From the NCBI GenBank assembly GCA_951406725.2, contig OX597826.1, forward strand, positions 51,708,001 through 51,772,000: a stretch of DNA of 64,000 nucleotides, written 5' to 3'. How positions within the stretch are numbered: position 1 is the stretch's first letter; the number at the start of each line of letters is the position of its first letter. This stretch comes from Octopus vulgaris. Its lineage: Eukaryota. This document shows, piece by piece, positions 28,256 to 43,390 of this stretch. The translations under genes were made by a program, and so were the position numbers. The notes beneath the pieces were generated by a model that searched no databases, was not told the origin of the DNA, and was given only the letters and a program-made list of their open reading frames with translations.

Positions 28256-29839
28256 ATGTTGGTCATTAGTAACATGGAAAATAAGTAATTGTTTCCGATT
28301 GACTTATATTCGACTGAAACGTTTCACTTTTTGGTACACTTGACGAATTTCGTGACTATGTTGGTTTCGAAACAATCCAAAAAACACTAGCGGATGATGC
28401 AAATTGGCAGCCAATAAACACTTACCAGAATAATCTTTTGATGAAGTTTCGATTTGGAACAATGTTTTGGTGCTTCAATATATTTCATCCAATGCACGAA
28501 ACGGCATCTGTTGCTGTAGAGTATACGGTTTTCATAACATTTCCCAGGCGGTCAAGAAATTGATCGGTTATATTGTGCAAAAGAAGTGCCGAGCACAATT
28601 CACAGCATCAATGATTTTTTCGGTTTATTTCATTTATCTTCTTTGGTTCCTTTGTCGAGCGCTTTTTGATGTTCGAAATGCAATTTTCAGCTGTTGAATT
28701 ATCAACTTTTAGCTTTGAAAGGTTTTGTGTGTCCGTCTCCCTTTTCCAATCAATGGTTTCTTGATGGTCCTTTAGCCAGTTCCTTTTTGCTTCTTATTGC
28801 CAGTATTTTTCGTTGCTTTGAATTCTATTTTTTACTCACAACGGAGTCGCCCGAATTGGTTCGATTTCCATTTAAATTTGACAGCAAATGATAAACCAGT
28901 AAATAAAAAGAAAACAAACCACAAACCATAAATCTTCATTAGAGCCGAATTCTGCCCTTCAAAGAGATATAATTTATGACGAACATAGTTAAACAAAAAT
29001 ATATTCTAAAATAACTATGAATGCTAATAATAACATATAACCGATTTATTCAATAGTGATCCACTTTTTTTTTATAGGAAGATTCTCTACATGTACATTT
29101 CTCATAAGTTACCTATCAAAACTGTCCAAGCACAAAATTGCATCCTCATCGCTTCTTTGTAGGAATTTGAGCTCATTAATTTGTATTCGTACAACTTTCC
29201 AAAATTAAGAATTTTAAAATCACAATTGCTCTCATAAAAGCAAAAGTCCTCGTTTTCCTTTGTCAATATTTCTAATCTGATTTTAATGAGCTCATCTCCT
29301 TGTATCTTGACATACACGCATATATACTTATGTAAATCTATACATGCATACATATATATATGTGTGTGTGTGTGTGGCGTCATTCAAATATTTTCCTCGT
29401 TGTGTATGGATTTTGTGAATAGTGAAATCGAGCTAGTTATATGAATCAATGTTTTTATAAAAATAATGTAGTTGACTTGGTAATAAATTCGTTTAAGTTT
29501 TAGGTAAATATCTTGTCATAGGTAATCAATATACAGCATTTTTCCACATGATAAGAAATATATAGATATATAAAAAAATGCCGATAAAAAATAGAAATAA
29601 ATCTTGGTTGCTATCGATCATCTGAATTGAGCACAATCTATTGTATATTTTTCTTTTAGCTTCCACTTTGATATACTAGTTAAAATATTCAGTTCTTGTA
29701 TTACAAGTAAAGGTTTTCTGGTCAATCAAAGAGAATGAATCGGCGTATAGGTAGGAATATGCTTTCTAGAAGGCCCCTGTTTCCACTAATCATTATATCA
29801 AACTAAGATATATGCCGAAAAATGATGGAAAATATCACA

Positions 29840-29898
<59 letters not shown>

Positions 29899-29909
29899 TG
29901 ATGATGATG

Positions 29910-29973
<64 letters not shown>

Positions 29974-29984
29974 TGATGATGATG

Positions 29985-30046
<62 letters not shown>
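29840..30046. repeat. (AAT)n(GAT)5(AAT)n(GAT)5(AAT)n compound microsatellite
   Basis: Directly visible. Confidence 0.95.
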
Positions 30047-30047
<1 letters not shown>

Positions 30048-30205
30048 GAATGTGGTTTATTTTTCCCTTACCGCTTTCAGATCATACCCCAACTTTGATT
30101 TCTGTAGTATTTCACTCAATGGGATCATTCGTCCCGCTGGAAGATTCCTCTCTTGACTTTCACCTCTCCTAGTACTTGTTTCCCTATTGTAAATTCCTTT
30201 CTCCA
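30046..30205 (-). mobile_element. Inverted R4/Dong RT fragment
   Basis: Reverse complement (ctaggagaggtgaaagtcaagagaggaatcttccagcgggac^gaatgatcccattgagtgaaatact) aligns to ~32160-32335 with a ~27-bp deletion. Confidence 0.8.
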
Positions 30206-30210
30206 TAATC

Positions 30211-32662
<2,452 letters not shown>

Positions 32663-32994
32663 TTCTCTGGCACTTTTTACATACTATGCTATGTTGTTTT
32701 CTTATGCTCTAATGCTGTGTTCGCATCCAATAAGTCCTCTCTCCCTCTGTTTCCTGGTACATACAGTCTGCCTGTGCTACTTTTTGGGTGGAGTGACCCA
32801 TTTCTAGTTAGCAATTTCCTTGTCTCTCTGTCTAAGCTGTTTCGTTCGTCTACTAGACGGGTCTAGTCTGCGTCCATGTTCATCAAAAAAGAACAATTAC
32901 TTCCGAAATGTAAACCTCTGCACCCATAGCATGAATTTCGTCTTGACGTTTATTTTTTTACCATTTTCTCATCCGTTTCAGGTCGACACATACG

Positions 32995-33099
<105 letters not shown>

Positions 33100-33120
33100 C
33101 CTACCTACCTACCTACCTAC

Positions 33121-33160
<40 letters not shown>

Positions 33161-33493
33161 ATATATTTTAAATATATATATATATGTATGTAAAACAACT
33201 TATATATATGTATATATATGATACATATGCATACATAGAGAGAGAGAGAGAAAGGGGGCTGCGAGAGGGGGAGAGAAATAAGCTGATGCGTCATCCCTGC
33301 TGGCAACTTATTAACTTCTAATGTTAGTTCGAGGAATGAAGCCTCACGTTGAATACCTGTTAAATTTACTTCTGATTGAATGTTATATGTGTCAACGTAA
33401 CAATGTTAAGGGCAACGGTACACTTATATAGTGTATCTCAGGGGGTCGTCTTAAAGAGGTTTGTAATCTTACCGCATCTTTTCAATACAAATG

Positions 33494-34515
33494 CATGAGT
33501 ACTTATATATTCATACAATATTTATTGGCGAAATGAAATGACACCTCCCATGACATTCACAGCGCCGCTAGTAACGGTGTTAAGAGTTTTATAGTTTATA
33601 TTTATTGTGAATATAATGCTTAAACTTGGGAAACGATAATAAATATAGGAAATAACTGTATGACGTTCAAGTAATCATTCCAGCAAAATGATCAAACCAA
33701 CAAAATGTGTTATTACAAAATTGCTTGATAAATAACTTTGGTTTGCCAATCATCAGCTCAATGAAGTTGATACAGTTATGCATAACTGTATCGTAGGAGA
33801 AAAATGAAAGTGAATAGAGTATAAAACAAAAGTAAAAACAAAACAATAGCAGGAATATACAATAAAACAGACGGTTCATGTAGATAAAGACAATATTAGG
33901 GACAAAACGAAAAATGTTCAACATATGTGTAGTTCTATATAAACTAGACGTACAGAAGTGTGAGAGGGGAAACAACAAATCTTAAAATGACTGATTTTTG
34001 AAATACACGTAAATTCGCATATTTTTGCGGACAGTATGATTAAGTAATCGACTGGTACATATTTTGTCAAAACCGCATATAACGAAAGCGAAGTGCACCT
34101 CGGCGGGATGTAACGGCATGTACAGGTATTATTACTACGGGACTCCGTCGGTTACGATCCAGTCAACGGAAGAGACTGCTCGTGAAGTTAAAGTATAAGT
34201 GGCTGAGCATTCCACAGACACGTGTACCCTTAACGTAGTTCTCGGGGAGATTCAGCGTAACACAGTGTGACAATGCTGGCCATTTGAAATACACTAACCA
34301 CTTGGCCACTGCGCATCTACAAGTATTAAGTCACACTGTAAGTAAAACTACCGAAACACAGAGGTATACATATACGCATAAGCAATTAAGTGTATACATG
34401 AGTACTTATGTATTCATACAATATTTATCGGCGAAATTAAAGTGACACCTCCCATGACATTCACAGCGCCGCCAGTAACGGTGTTAAGAGTTTTATAGTT
34501 TATATTTATTGTGAA
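33494..34515. repeat. Pair of ~118-bp direct repeats (33494-33611 and 34397-34515)
   Basis: catgagtactta...gacacctcccatgacattcacagcgccg...gtttatatttattgtgaa occurs twice with about 5 differences. Confidence 0.9.
34135..34320. mobile_element. SINE fragment (third family; related piece at 36395-36482)
   Basis: Shared tcaacggaa...ctcgtga..ttaa.gt..aagtggctgagca.tcca. Confidence 0.55.
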
Positions 34516-36144
34516 AGTAAGTAGCGTACACTACAGGCGACGGATAATAGAAGGATAGGTTTTCGGAATGAAGGAGAAATGCGGTGATGTATAACAATGA
34601 TTGAGAAAAGTACTTGAGAAATCAAAGCTATTCTGTGAAGCAGAAAATGTGGAAGATAATAGATTTGAAAAGAAATACAGATAGAAGGTAATGATAGTGT
34701 GAAGTCAATAAGCATTACCAAAAATACACGGGAAGAACAATTTGAAGAGTATATATTATTTGTTTGGTAAACCCCTCCGTCCGTACCTTTGTATTTGCGT
34801 CCTTGTCTGTTTTATGTAGGCCCATGCGGCCGATAAAGAAAATACTATTCGTTTGGTATTAACGCTTGAGAATTTATTGGTGATTGTAGTTTCTCTCTGT
34901 TTGTTCGTTTACTTGTGTATGTGTGTGTGTGTGTGTGTGTGTGTAGTAAGAGTGTGAAATACTCTACACATCACGTCATTGACTATAGTGTCCCCTTATC
35001 TAACAGTGTTCAGCTCGCGAACACAGATTTTTGCAGAATTTCTATCGGCATCGAAAAGCAGTTTCATTTCCTAAATTGCTTTCTGTTCTTTTACATATCT
35101 CTTTCATGCATACCCCAACGAACCACACATCTGAAATCGTGTGTTGCCGGCATTAACCTCGTTTATTATTCTCACACACAACTAAGATGGAGGTCTCAAA
35201 TGACTACGAGACTTTCCAAATCCTCTCTTTATGCAATAAAGGTTTATTACTTGTTAGACAGTGATATGTTTGAGCAAACGTGCATAAAAATAGAATATTT
35301 TCACACTTTCCTCAGATTTTCCTCTTCATGATATTTAGCTATAATAATCTTCTAAATGTCTAAAAGCTACATGGTCACTCTGCATAATAAATAACTAAAA
35401 CTGCCTCAAATCCGATGCAAGAGTCATTGAGTCTAGACTAAATATTGGAACGACGACGACTGAAATGGTAATTATTATATATGCGTGCTTCATGAGGGGT
35501 GGCACCGAGTTAAAAAACAAGAGATTTCTACGACTTTCTACATCACAAATATGTTTTCCTCTCCTCGGTTTTATTCCACTCTACAAACATATTCACAGCC
35601 ATCTAAAACACTTAACCCTATTCTCTAAAAAATTAGAAATTAATTTTTCTGAAGCTATACGAATTTAATCAATTTTTACGAATGTTATTAACTAGTTTTC
35701 GCCGACGTCGTATTTTAAATTCAGTGCAAAGTATTCTTATGTTGTATCACTCGATATGGAAGGATTTTAATTAAGAATTGTCGAATATCAAGCTCTTCAC
35801 TTGCTATTCAGTTAGTCATTTTATATTGGAATATTTACTTTTATTAACTAATTTGTTTTTTTTTAATGAAATAACTCCCAATATGCCAAATCGTATTGAT
35901 ATTAATAGCATTGCGAAAATTACAGAGAGCTTAACATGTGTGTCAAGTTCAATAAGATGAGGTGGTTTAAGATACAGTATACGTCAGTTTATATATATAT
36001 CGCCATAATGAAACTTAATAATTACTGTCTTTGGGCAGGCGCGAAGCCAAAGACTGATAGTGAGAGATATTATCACTTTAATTACTAGTGTTTATATTAG
36101 AAGCTCCTGAGAGACGTGGGGCAAATTTGAGCCCGATGGGGTTT

Positions 36145-36194
<50 letters not shown>

Positions 36195-36604
36195 GTGTAA
36201 ATTATAGGGAGATGGTACATTTTGGCGCAAATTCGACCAGAATAATATCATCAAGAGATTATTAATATGCATTGTAGTAGCTCACGCTCACGTCCATATG
36301 TATGTAGGTGTGTGTTTGTGTATAGAAATATATATAAAGAGAGATACAGTTTCTCTCTCTCTCTCTCTCTCCCTATATATATATATACATACGTCACTTA
36401 CAACGAAGGGGATTCTAATTGATCCGATCAACGGAACAGCTGGCTCGTGAGATTAACGTGCAAGTGGCTGAGCACTCCAACATACACACACTGATACACA
36501 GACACACACAGACACACACACACACATATATATATATACATATATATATACACATATGTACTAGCACACAAAAATATATATATACGTAAACTAACACATA
36601 TATG

Positions 36605-36646
<42 letters not shown>

Positions 36647-36660
36647 AATACTAGCTGTTC

Positions 36661-36915
36661 TACTTGTTTCAGTCATGTGAACATGGCAATGCTGGAGCAC
36701 CGCCTTTAGTCGAACAAATCGGCCGCAGGATTCATTCTTTGTAATCATTGTACGTACTTTATCAGTGTCTTTTGCCGAACGGCTAAGTTACGGGGACGTA
36801 AACACAGAAACATCGGTTGTCAAGCGATGGTAGGGGTACAAGCACAGACACACATACACATGCGCGCGCACGCGCAAATATACACATATAAAAGACAATC
36901 TTCTTTCTGGTTCCG
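36661..36915 (-). mobile_element. tRNA/CORE-type SINE 3' part
   Basis: tacttgtttcagtcatg...gctggagcaccgcctttagtcg...ctaagttacggggacg. Confidence 0.8.
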
Positions 36916-36919
36916 TGTA

Positions 36920-37205
36920 TGAAATTGCAACACTTAATTGTAGTTCATACACCTATCGTCAACTTTTGTTTTTCTATAAATTTCAACTACGTATATCGCC
37001 ATGTTGATTCGCTAGCTTCTGCACGCAATTTTTTCTCTCCTTGTTTCTCTCCGTGTTTCTTTTCTGTGTATCTTTCTGTTGAAGAGCGTAGGCTCGAAAC
37101 GTAAATGACTTGTTTTATTTATATTCCTGAGCGCCATACTAATACAATTGTTTGTTTGTACTCCACCTGCCTTCGTGTTTTGTTTATTTTCATAAAGCTT
37201 CCCGT
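36920..37205 (+). mobile_element. PLE-type 3' terminal segment with hammerhead-like motif at 37071-37109
   Basis: ucuuu CUGUUGA a gagc-guag-gcuc GAAA CG UA aaugac, with palindromic ACGU and a non-canonical core. Ends at (TA)n. Confidence 0.45.
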
Positions 37206-37429
37206 TATATATATATATATATATATATGCCCAGGCCTATTCTCCATTTTTGTGGGATGGGGTAGCCATAACAAGACACACACCAAACATTCCATTCATT
37301 TCCCAGTTCCAAGAGGCGAATCCCGTTCGATGCTCGAGTCAAGGAATAGAACGCAACGCCCAATATCAGCAGCGGTTCCCGGCAGCATATGCTGGTTTAC
37401 TCCCGCGGCATGATGCTGGTTTCGTACCC

Positions 37430-38885
37430 CTTTCAGTAACATCAAATTCACTCATCTGTCCACTAACACTCTCCAAGCTTTCCTATCATTTATAAACTCT
37501 CCTGCCTCTCACACTGCAACATTTCTAACCACCAAAGCTTGCCGCCCTCCATTCATCCACACCAACTGAGGTCTGCCTCTGGTTCTGCTGCCTACCACTT
37601 CTGCCTTCATCACCACCCTACCATCCGCTCCTCATCCATTATCTACATCTGACCAAATTATCTCAACATTCATCTATCCTTTTGGTTGTTAGTTTTTGTC
37701 TCATTCCTGTTCGCTTCACACCTCATTCCTCATCCTGTCCATCCATGTCACACCAACCATAGCCCTCAGACATCTCATTTCAAACACATATCGTCGCCTC
37801 CTTTTCGTCTCTTTCAGCCCTCACCCCGACTGTGCACCATATAGCATTGTAAGCACAATCACACCCTCATACACACCTCTTTTCGCATTCATACTCAACC
37901 TTTTATCTCTCAGCACACATTTTACAACTCCAAGTATATCATTCCCCTCCCTCTCTTTGTATCTCACTTCCTCAGCCAACACCCCATCCGCCGTAATATG
38001 TGATACTTAAAAACACTCATCTCCTCTAACATCTCACCATTTATACTTACATTCATCCTACCAGACATTCCATCTCTCGAACATCTCGTCACTTAACGCT
38101 TAGCTACATTCACTTTCAGTTTCCTCCCCTCACACGCACTTCTAAACTTCACCACTAGTTTCTTCAGTTGCTCTTTCGAATCTGCCACCAGTGCTGTATC
38201 ATCAGCAGACAACAACTGACTCACCTGCCATTTCTCTCCATTTTATCCTACCAATTGCCCCACCCTATCAAAGGTTCTCGCATTTACCTCTCTCACCACA
38301 TCATCCATATATAAATTAAACAGCCTGGGAGTCATCATACAACCCTGTCTTAAACCCAGCTTCACATCAAACCACTCACTTACTTCACCACCCACTCTCA
38401 CGTACGCCTTAATTTCTCTATAAGAACTCTGAACAGCTCTCAGCAGTCTACCATCTACTCCATACGACCGCAACAGCTGACACATTTCACACCTATCCAC
38501 AGTCATAGGCCTTCTCTAGGTCTATAAAGGCCTAATACACCCCCAACCTTTTGCCAAAAACGTCTCACATATATGCCTTACTACAAATATTTCATCTGCA
38601 CACCCTATTCTACTCCTAAAACCGCACTGCTCCTCCCATAGTACACACTCAGTGTGGTTCCTCACTTTTACAATCAGAATTCTTCCATACAGTTTATCAA
38701 ACACACACAACAAACTTATTGCTCTAAAATTTCCACACTCACATTTATCCCCTTTCCCCTTGCACAGTGCCACTATACAAGCACTAGGCCAGTCCTTCAG
38801 TACTCTTCCAGCCATATAAAAAACATTCATAAGCCTCACAAACCATTCAAATACTGTCACCCTTCCTTTCTTTAGGTATTCTACT
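37430..38885 (-). mobile_element. RTE-clade LINE, 5'-truncated RT and C-terminus, decayed
   Basis: ORFs 38522-39022 (KGKGDKCECGNFRAISLL, EEQCGFR) and 38243-38506 (GLRQGCMMTPRLFNLYMD), plus LLSADDTALVA near 38190-38220. Confidence 0.9.
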
Positions 38886-38986
38886 GTACACTCATACACA
38901 CACACATAAATATATGCATATACACATATAATATGTATATATATATATACTAACAAGTAAACATATATATATATACATGTATATAT

Positions 38987-39123
38987 AGTGGATGTGTGGT
39001 AAGTAGCTTGCTTACGAACCACATGGTTCCGGGTTCAGTCCCGCTGCGTGGCACCTTGGGCAAGTGTCTTCTACTATAGCCTTGTGAGTGGATTTGGTAG
39101 ACGGAAACTGAAAGAAGCCCGTC

Positions 39124-39178
<55 letters not shown>

Positions 39179-39410
39179 CGTGTGTGTGTGCGTGTATGTT
39201 TGTGTGTCTGTGTTTGTCCCCATAGCATTGCTTGACAACCGATGCTGGTGTGTATCTGTCCCCGTCACCTAGCGGTTTGGCAAAAGAGACCGATAGAATA
39301 AGTACTGGGCCTACAAAGAACAAGTCCTGGGATCGAGTTGCTCGATTAAGGGCGGTGCTCCAGCATGGCCACAGTCAAATGACTGAAACAAGTAAAAGAG
39401 TAAAAGAGTA
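38987..39410 (+). mobile_element. Near full-length tRNA/CORE-type SINE
   Basis: A box gtgtggtaag, B box ggttcagtccc, internal (TA)/(TG) tract and (gtaaaaga)n tail. Confidence 0.9.
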
Positions 39411-42400
39411 TACATATATATGTATATATGTATATATATATATATATATATATACAAGTATATATATCTGTATGCATTATTCATAATGTCAATACATATC
39501 AGTTAAAAATATTACATAGCTGATTCAGTACGCTTTCAATGGAAACACTTCAACATGGACACACTCCAACTTACATAGTCTTAGAATGTCGTATACTTCA
39601 TTGTTTATCAATAAACATCGGTCATTTACCTTTGTTTATTTCTCCTGTCTTTCTCTCTCAAACTGTTTCAGTTAACACAAGCAATAATGTTCTGTTTCTA
39701 TCCATATTGTGCACTTCTCTGAAGTCTCTTCTGTGCATCTTGGATGTATCTCCAACAAAATTTCACCTTGTGCCTGCTACTTTGTTTCATATTTACTTAT
39801 TATGGGGAAAAACTATACAAGCCGTAAGGGCTTGTTCTTTAACCTCTCTATTACTGTTTTACTTCGTGTTTTCACTCCAGCCACTGCATGTTTTCATCCC
39901 AACCATTAAACTCACTCAGTTATTATTACATTAACTAGACTCAGCATTAAACAAGAGTGAGGTCTCAGAAGATTACAAAACTTACCTTCCTACACCTCCC
40001 TTTTTGTTATGCCGCTTTCCATTAGCTAGACAAAATTGTTTTAAGGTTGCCACACTTAGAGGTCAAACGGTTTGATTCATTACACTATCTTGCAATCTAA
40101 TTCCATTAACATACACCATAAACTATTTAACTTCAGAGCAAATTATCTGGAGAGGGAAACGCAAACAGCTAATATGTATAAAATGAACTTGCTGCAAAGA
40201 CATCTATTGTGGAATAGGCTTCTCCCTTGACGTATGAAAACTATTACTTTATTCGACTTTATATTGTAAGCCTTTCCAGTCAAAGTCACCAAATATTATT
40301 ATGGTGTTGTTTTCCCCCATTCAATTGCGTTCATATATGCGAGAATGCAATAATACCATAATTAATTTTGAAACTTGATATCACAAACATTCCAATTTAT
40401 ACTTCAGTTGCCTTTAAAAAAATAAAATGGAAGCTTTCCCAATATTAGGTATGTGCAGTTAACCTCCCAGTGTTTTTTGTCAGCTTTATTTATTCTTATT
40501 GTCATTTCATATTAAAGGCATTCATGTTGGTTTATTTGTTCCATTCTATTCAGTTTGCTCCAATTGCTATTTTGGGAAGTTATTTAGTAAAAGTAATATA
40601 ATATAGTTTATTACAGTGTATGGTATCAATATCCGTTAGTCTTGCAAATAATTTCCTACTGCTATGATATAGTTTACCATTATTCTTTATCATTCAATGC
40701 AAATATTGTATATATTATATCTATTTATTGAAAATATACATATATTTTACTTTCTGTTTCAGTTAATATTACTTGATATCAATGCAATATATATGAAATA
40801 TTCAGCAAAGCGTTAAAGTAAATCGGGAAGAGGATAAGCATGGCTCAGTAGTTTCGCTTTGCAATCCTTGGGCCAGTGATCGAGCCTGTTGCATCGTACA
40901 GTGGGGAAGCAGTTACTATTAAAAACCGTGTGAGTGAAATTGGGTGAACGGAAACTGTAGAAACACGTAATGTGTATTAGAACAGCAATTCAGAAAAAAA
41001 TCAGCATATATTACACACGGTGTTATGAAAGTTCTACCACATATCTGTGGTATATTCAGCCAATTACATGTTACAATGTACAGGTCGTTTAATTGACTTA
41101 ACAAATAGAATACACGTCCTCGAAAGCGGAGGCGATTTATTTTCATATTTCGTGTTTCTTCTTTAAAATCTCACCTGTTGAAAATTATTTCCAGAGATAT
41201 AGTAGAGTCGACTCAAGTACTAAAGCAAGACTCTCTAAGAAATTGTGTCGGGACATAACAGTATTACTTGCTGTTGTCATAGTCGAACAACAACAGTTCT
41301 GCTGGAAGTATATAATCTTCTCACCCATCACTATTACACTTTTGACATTATTTATTAGAAACGTGACATTCCTTTTTAAAGCGACTGGGATGCGTATTAA
41401 TTTTGTTATATACATAACCACAATCACATTACAATATGTAGGTAGCTTAATCGATTTAACAACTTCAATACGCTTTCCCGAAAACGAGTAAGGGCCCATT
41501 TTATTATCATATGTCATGTTTTCACTTATAATCTCACCTATATAATATATGCAGGCTGACTCAAGAGGTAACAAAACCAATCAATCACATTTGTGATCAC
41601 CACTGTATTTCAGAGAGCAGCACCTACAAGTTGTAGTTTTTTTTGTTTTATAACTGTGTGTTGGAAAAGGCTAAAGTTTAATTGAATATCGTAATATTAA
41701 AACGTTACATGGAAAATGTTTCTTTTATACTTTCTTTCATTTTTTTACATATACTATATATCATGACGCATTCAGTGAGTTTAAATATATGCATGGCTGT
41801 TAAGCCCTGACACACCTCCACTTTGTTAGGTAATATAAACAATAAATATTGTTTCCAAATCATATTTCCCTAAATTTATTCTTTACAAAATAACGTTAGT
41901 TTGTAATAATTACTCTACATAGTATCAGACTTAGAAAACTACGTGAGTGAAAATGCAGAGTATTTGCATAAATCGATTATTTGTTTAGACTAAATTAAAT
42001 ATTTGGAACAATTCCAAGAACACTACGATAATGTTGTGCAGAACGAACAAGAATAATGGAACAAGAGTAATGGAAAATGTTTTACTAAGTTTTTTTCTTT
42101 CTCTGAGAATGAAGCACAACGCTGATATCAATATCAAGTCTTCTGTGGTTGTACATTAGCAGAAATGTTAGAGTAGAGGACAAATTGGTTTATGTTCCTT
42201 TACTTCTAAGTTTAAATTCTAAATTAGTCGGCTTTACTGTTCTTCTTATTGGTGTCAATAGAAACAAAGCACCAAGCGAGTACTGCATTAACGTAATTGA
42301 TTTTAACCGTACCCGGTTTCTGACCGTTTGCCTATGTCACAAAAAACTTGCTAGTATTGCTGTGTAGTTGAAGAGCTCGCTTTGCAGATTCAGTCGCACT

Positions 42401-42514
42401 GCGCGGTATCTTGGCCAAGTGTTTTGAACTATTGTACTTGGCTGACCAATGCTTTGGCAGTGAAACTGTGGAAGTCTGGTGTATATATGTATATATATAC
42501 ATATATATGTATAT

Positions 42515-42636
42515 TGGCCTGCTCGCTTAGCCAGCGGGGTGGCGTCATTTGAAGGCTAAAACAATGCGAAGCGCATTGTGACCAGCGATATGTAACAACA
42601 GCTGATGGCCTGGTCGGTCACGGTGATCACGGTGAT
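42515..42636 (+). mobile_element. Retroposon 3' tail ending in (cacggtgat)2
   Basis: GC-rich insert within (TA)n ending in a short tandem tail, as seen in RTE-type SINE/LINE 3' ends. Confidence 0.45.
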
Positions 42637-42637
42637 T

Positions 42638-42674
<37 letters not shown>

Positions 42675-42897
42675 TCAATATAGGGTGGCAAAAAAAATTT
42701 TGTAGAATTCTTTTGCCACCAGCGGCCTAGTAGGAAAAAATTAAAATAGTCATAGACCATTTTTAAGTTCAACATCAACAATAAAGGAACGGCCATAATA
42801 GGCCATTCACCCACTAGAAATAACAGCCAAAGCTTCAACCGCAAATAAAAGTTAATTCAGTAAACCAGGAGAAAATTTTAAAAACATTTACCCTGTA

Positions 42898-43004
42898 ATT
42901 TCTTATACGATATACCGTTTCATCTGCTGATTAATGGTAAACTAACCTGATTAAATTAAATCAAGCCAATCTTCCACAGGCCCTCAGATTCTTCAGTAAG
43001 AAAT
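42898..43004 (-). ncRNA. Type I hammerhead ribozyme, array unit 1
   Basis: Minus strand reads auuucuua CUGAAGA aucug...cagau GAAA CGGUAUAUCG UA uaagaaau. It has a perfect 8-bp stem I, extended stem II, quasi-palindromic stem III and a GUA triplet. Predicted cut between 42906 and 42905. Confidence 0.92.
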
Positions 43005-43390
43005 AGCCCAAGACGGAACAGATATTTTCACGAGGCATTTCCGACGTTGCCAAGTTTATATCTGACCTAAAATTTTCAAATCGTCGCACTCGCGCCAAAT
43101 TTATCGGCAGCAAATAAATATAAGCCGTCGATTCCATTACGGAATTAACCAGAAAATTCATAATTAATCAATATAGGGTGGCAAAAAAAATTTTGTAGAA
43201 TTCTTTTGCCACCAGCGGCCTAGTAGGAAAAAATTAAAATAGTCATAGACCATTTTTAAGTTCAACATCAACAATAAAGGAACGGCCATAATAGGCCATT
43301 CACCCACTAGAAATAACAGCCAAAGCTTCAACCGCAAATAAAAGTTAATTCAGTAAACCAGGAGAAAATTTAAAAAACATTTACCCTGTA

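Noticed and set aside
38987-39060. tRNA gene
   Set aside because: The A/B boxes belong to a SINE head that continues into the SINE body; there is no complete cloverleaf.
41185-41580. 131-aa minus-strand ORF in unique sequence
   Set aside because: Non-ATG start, no recognisable motif and no splice support.
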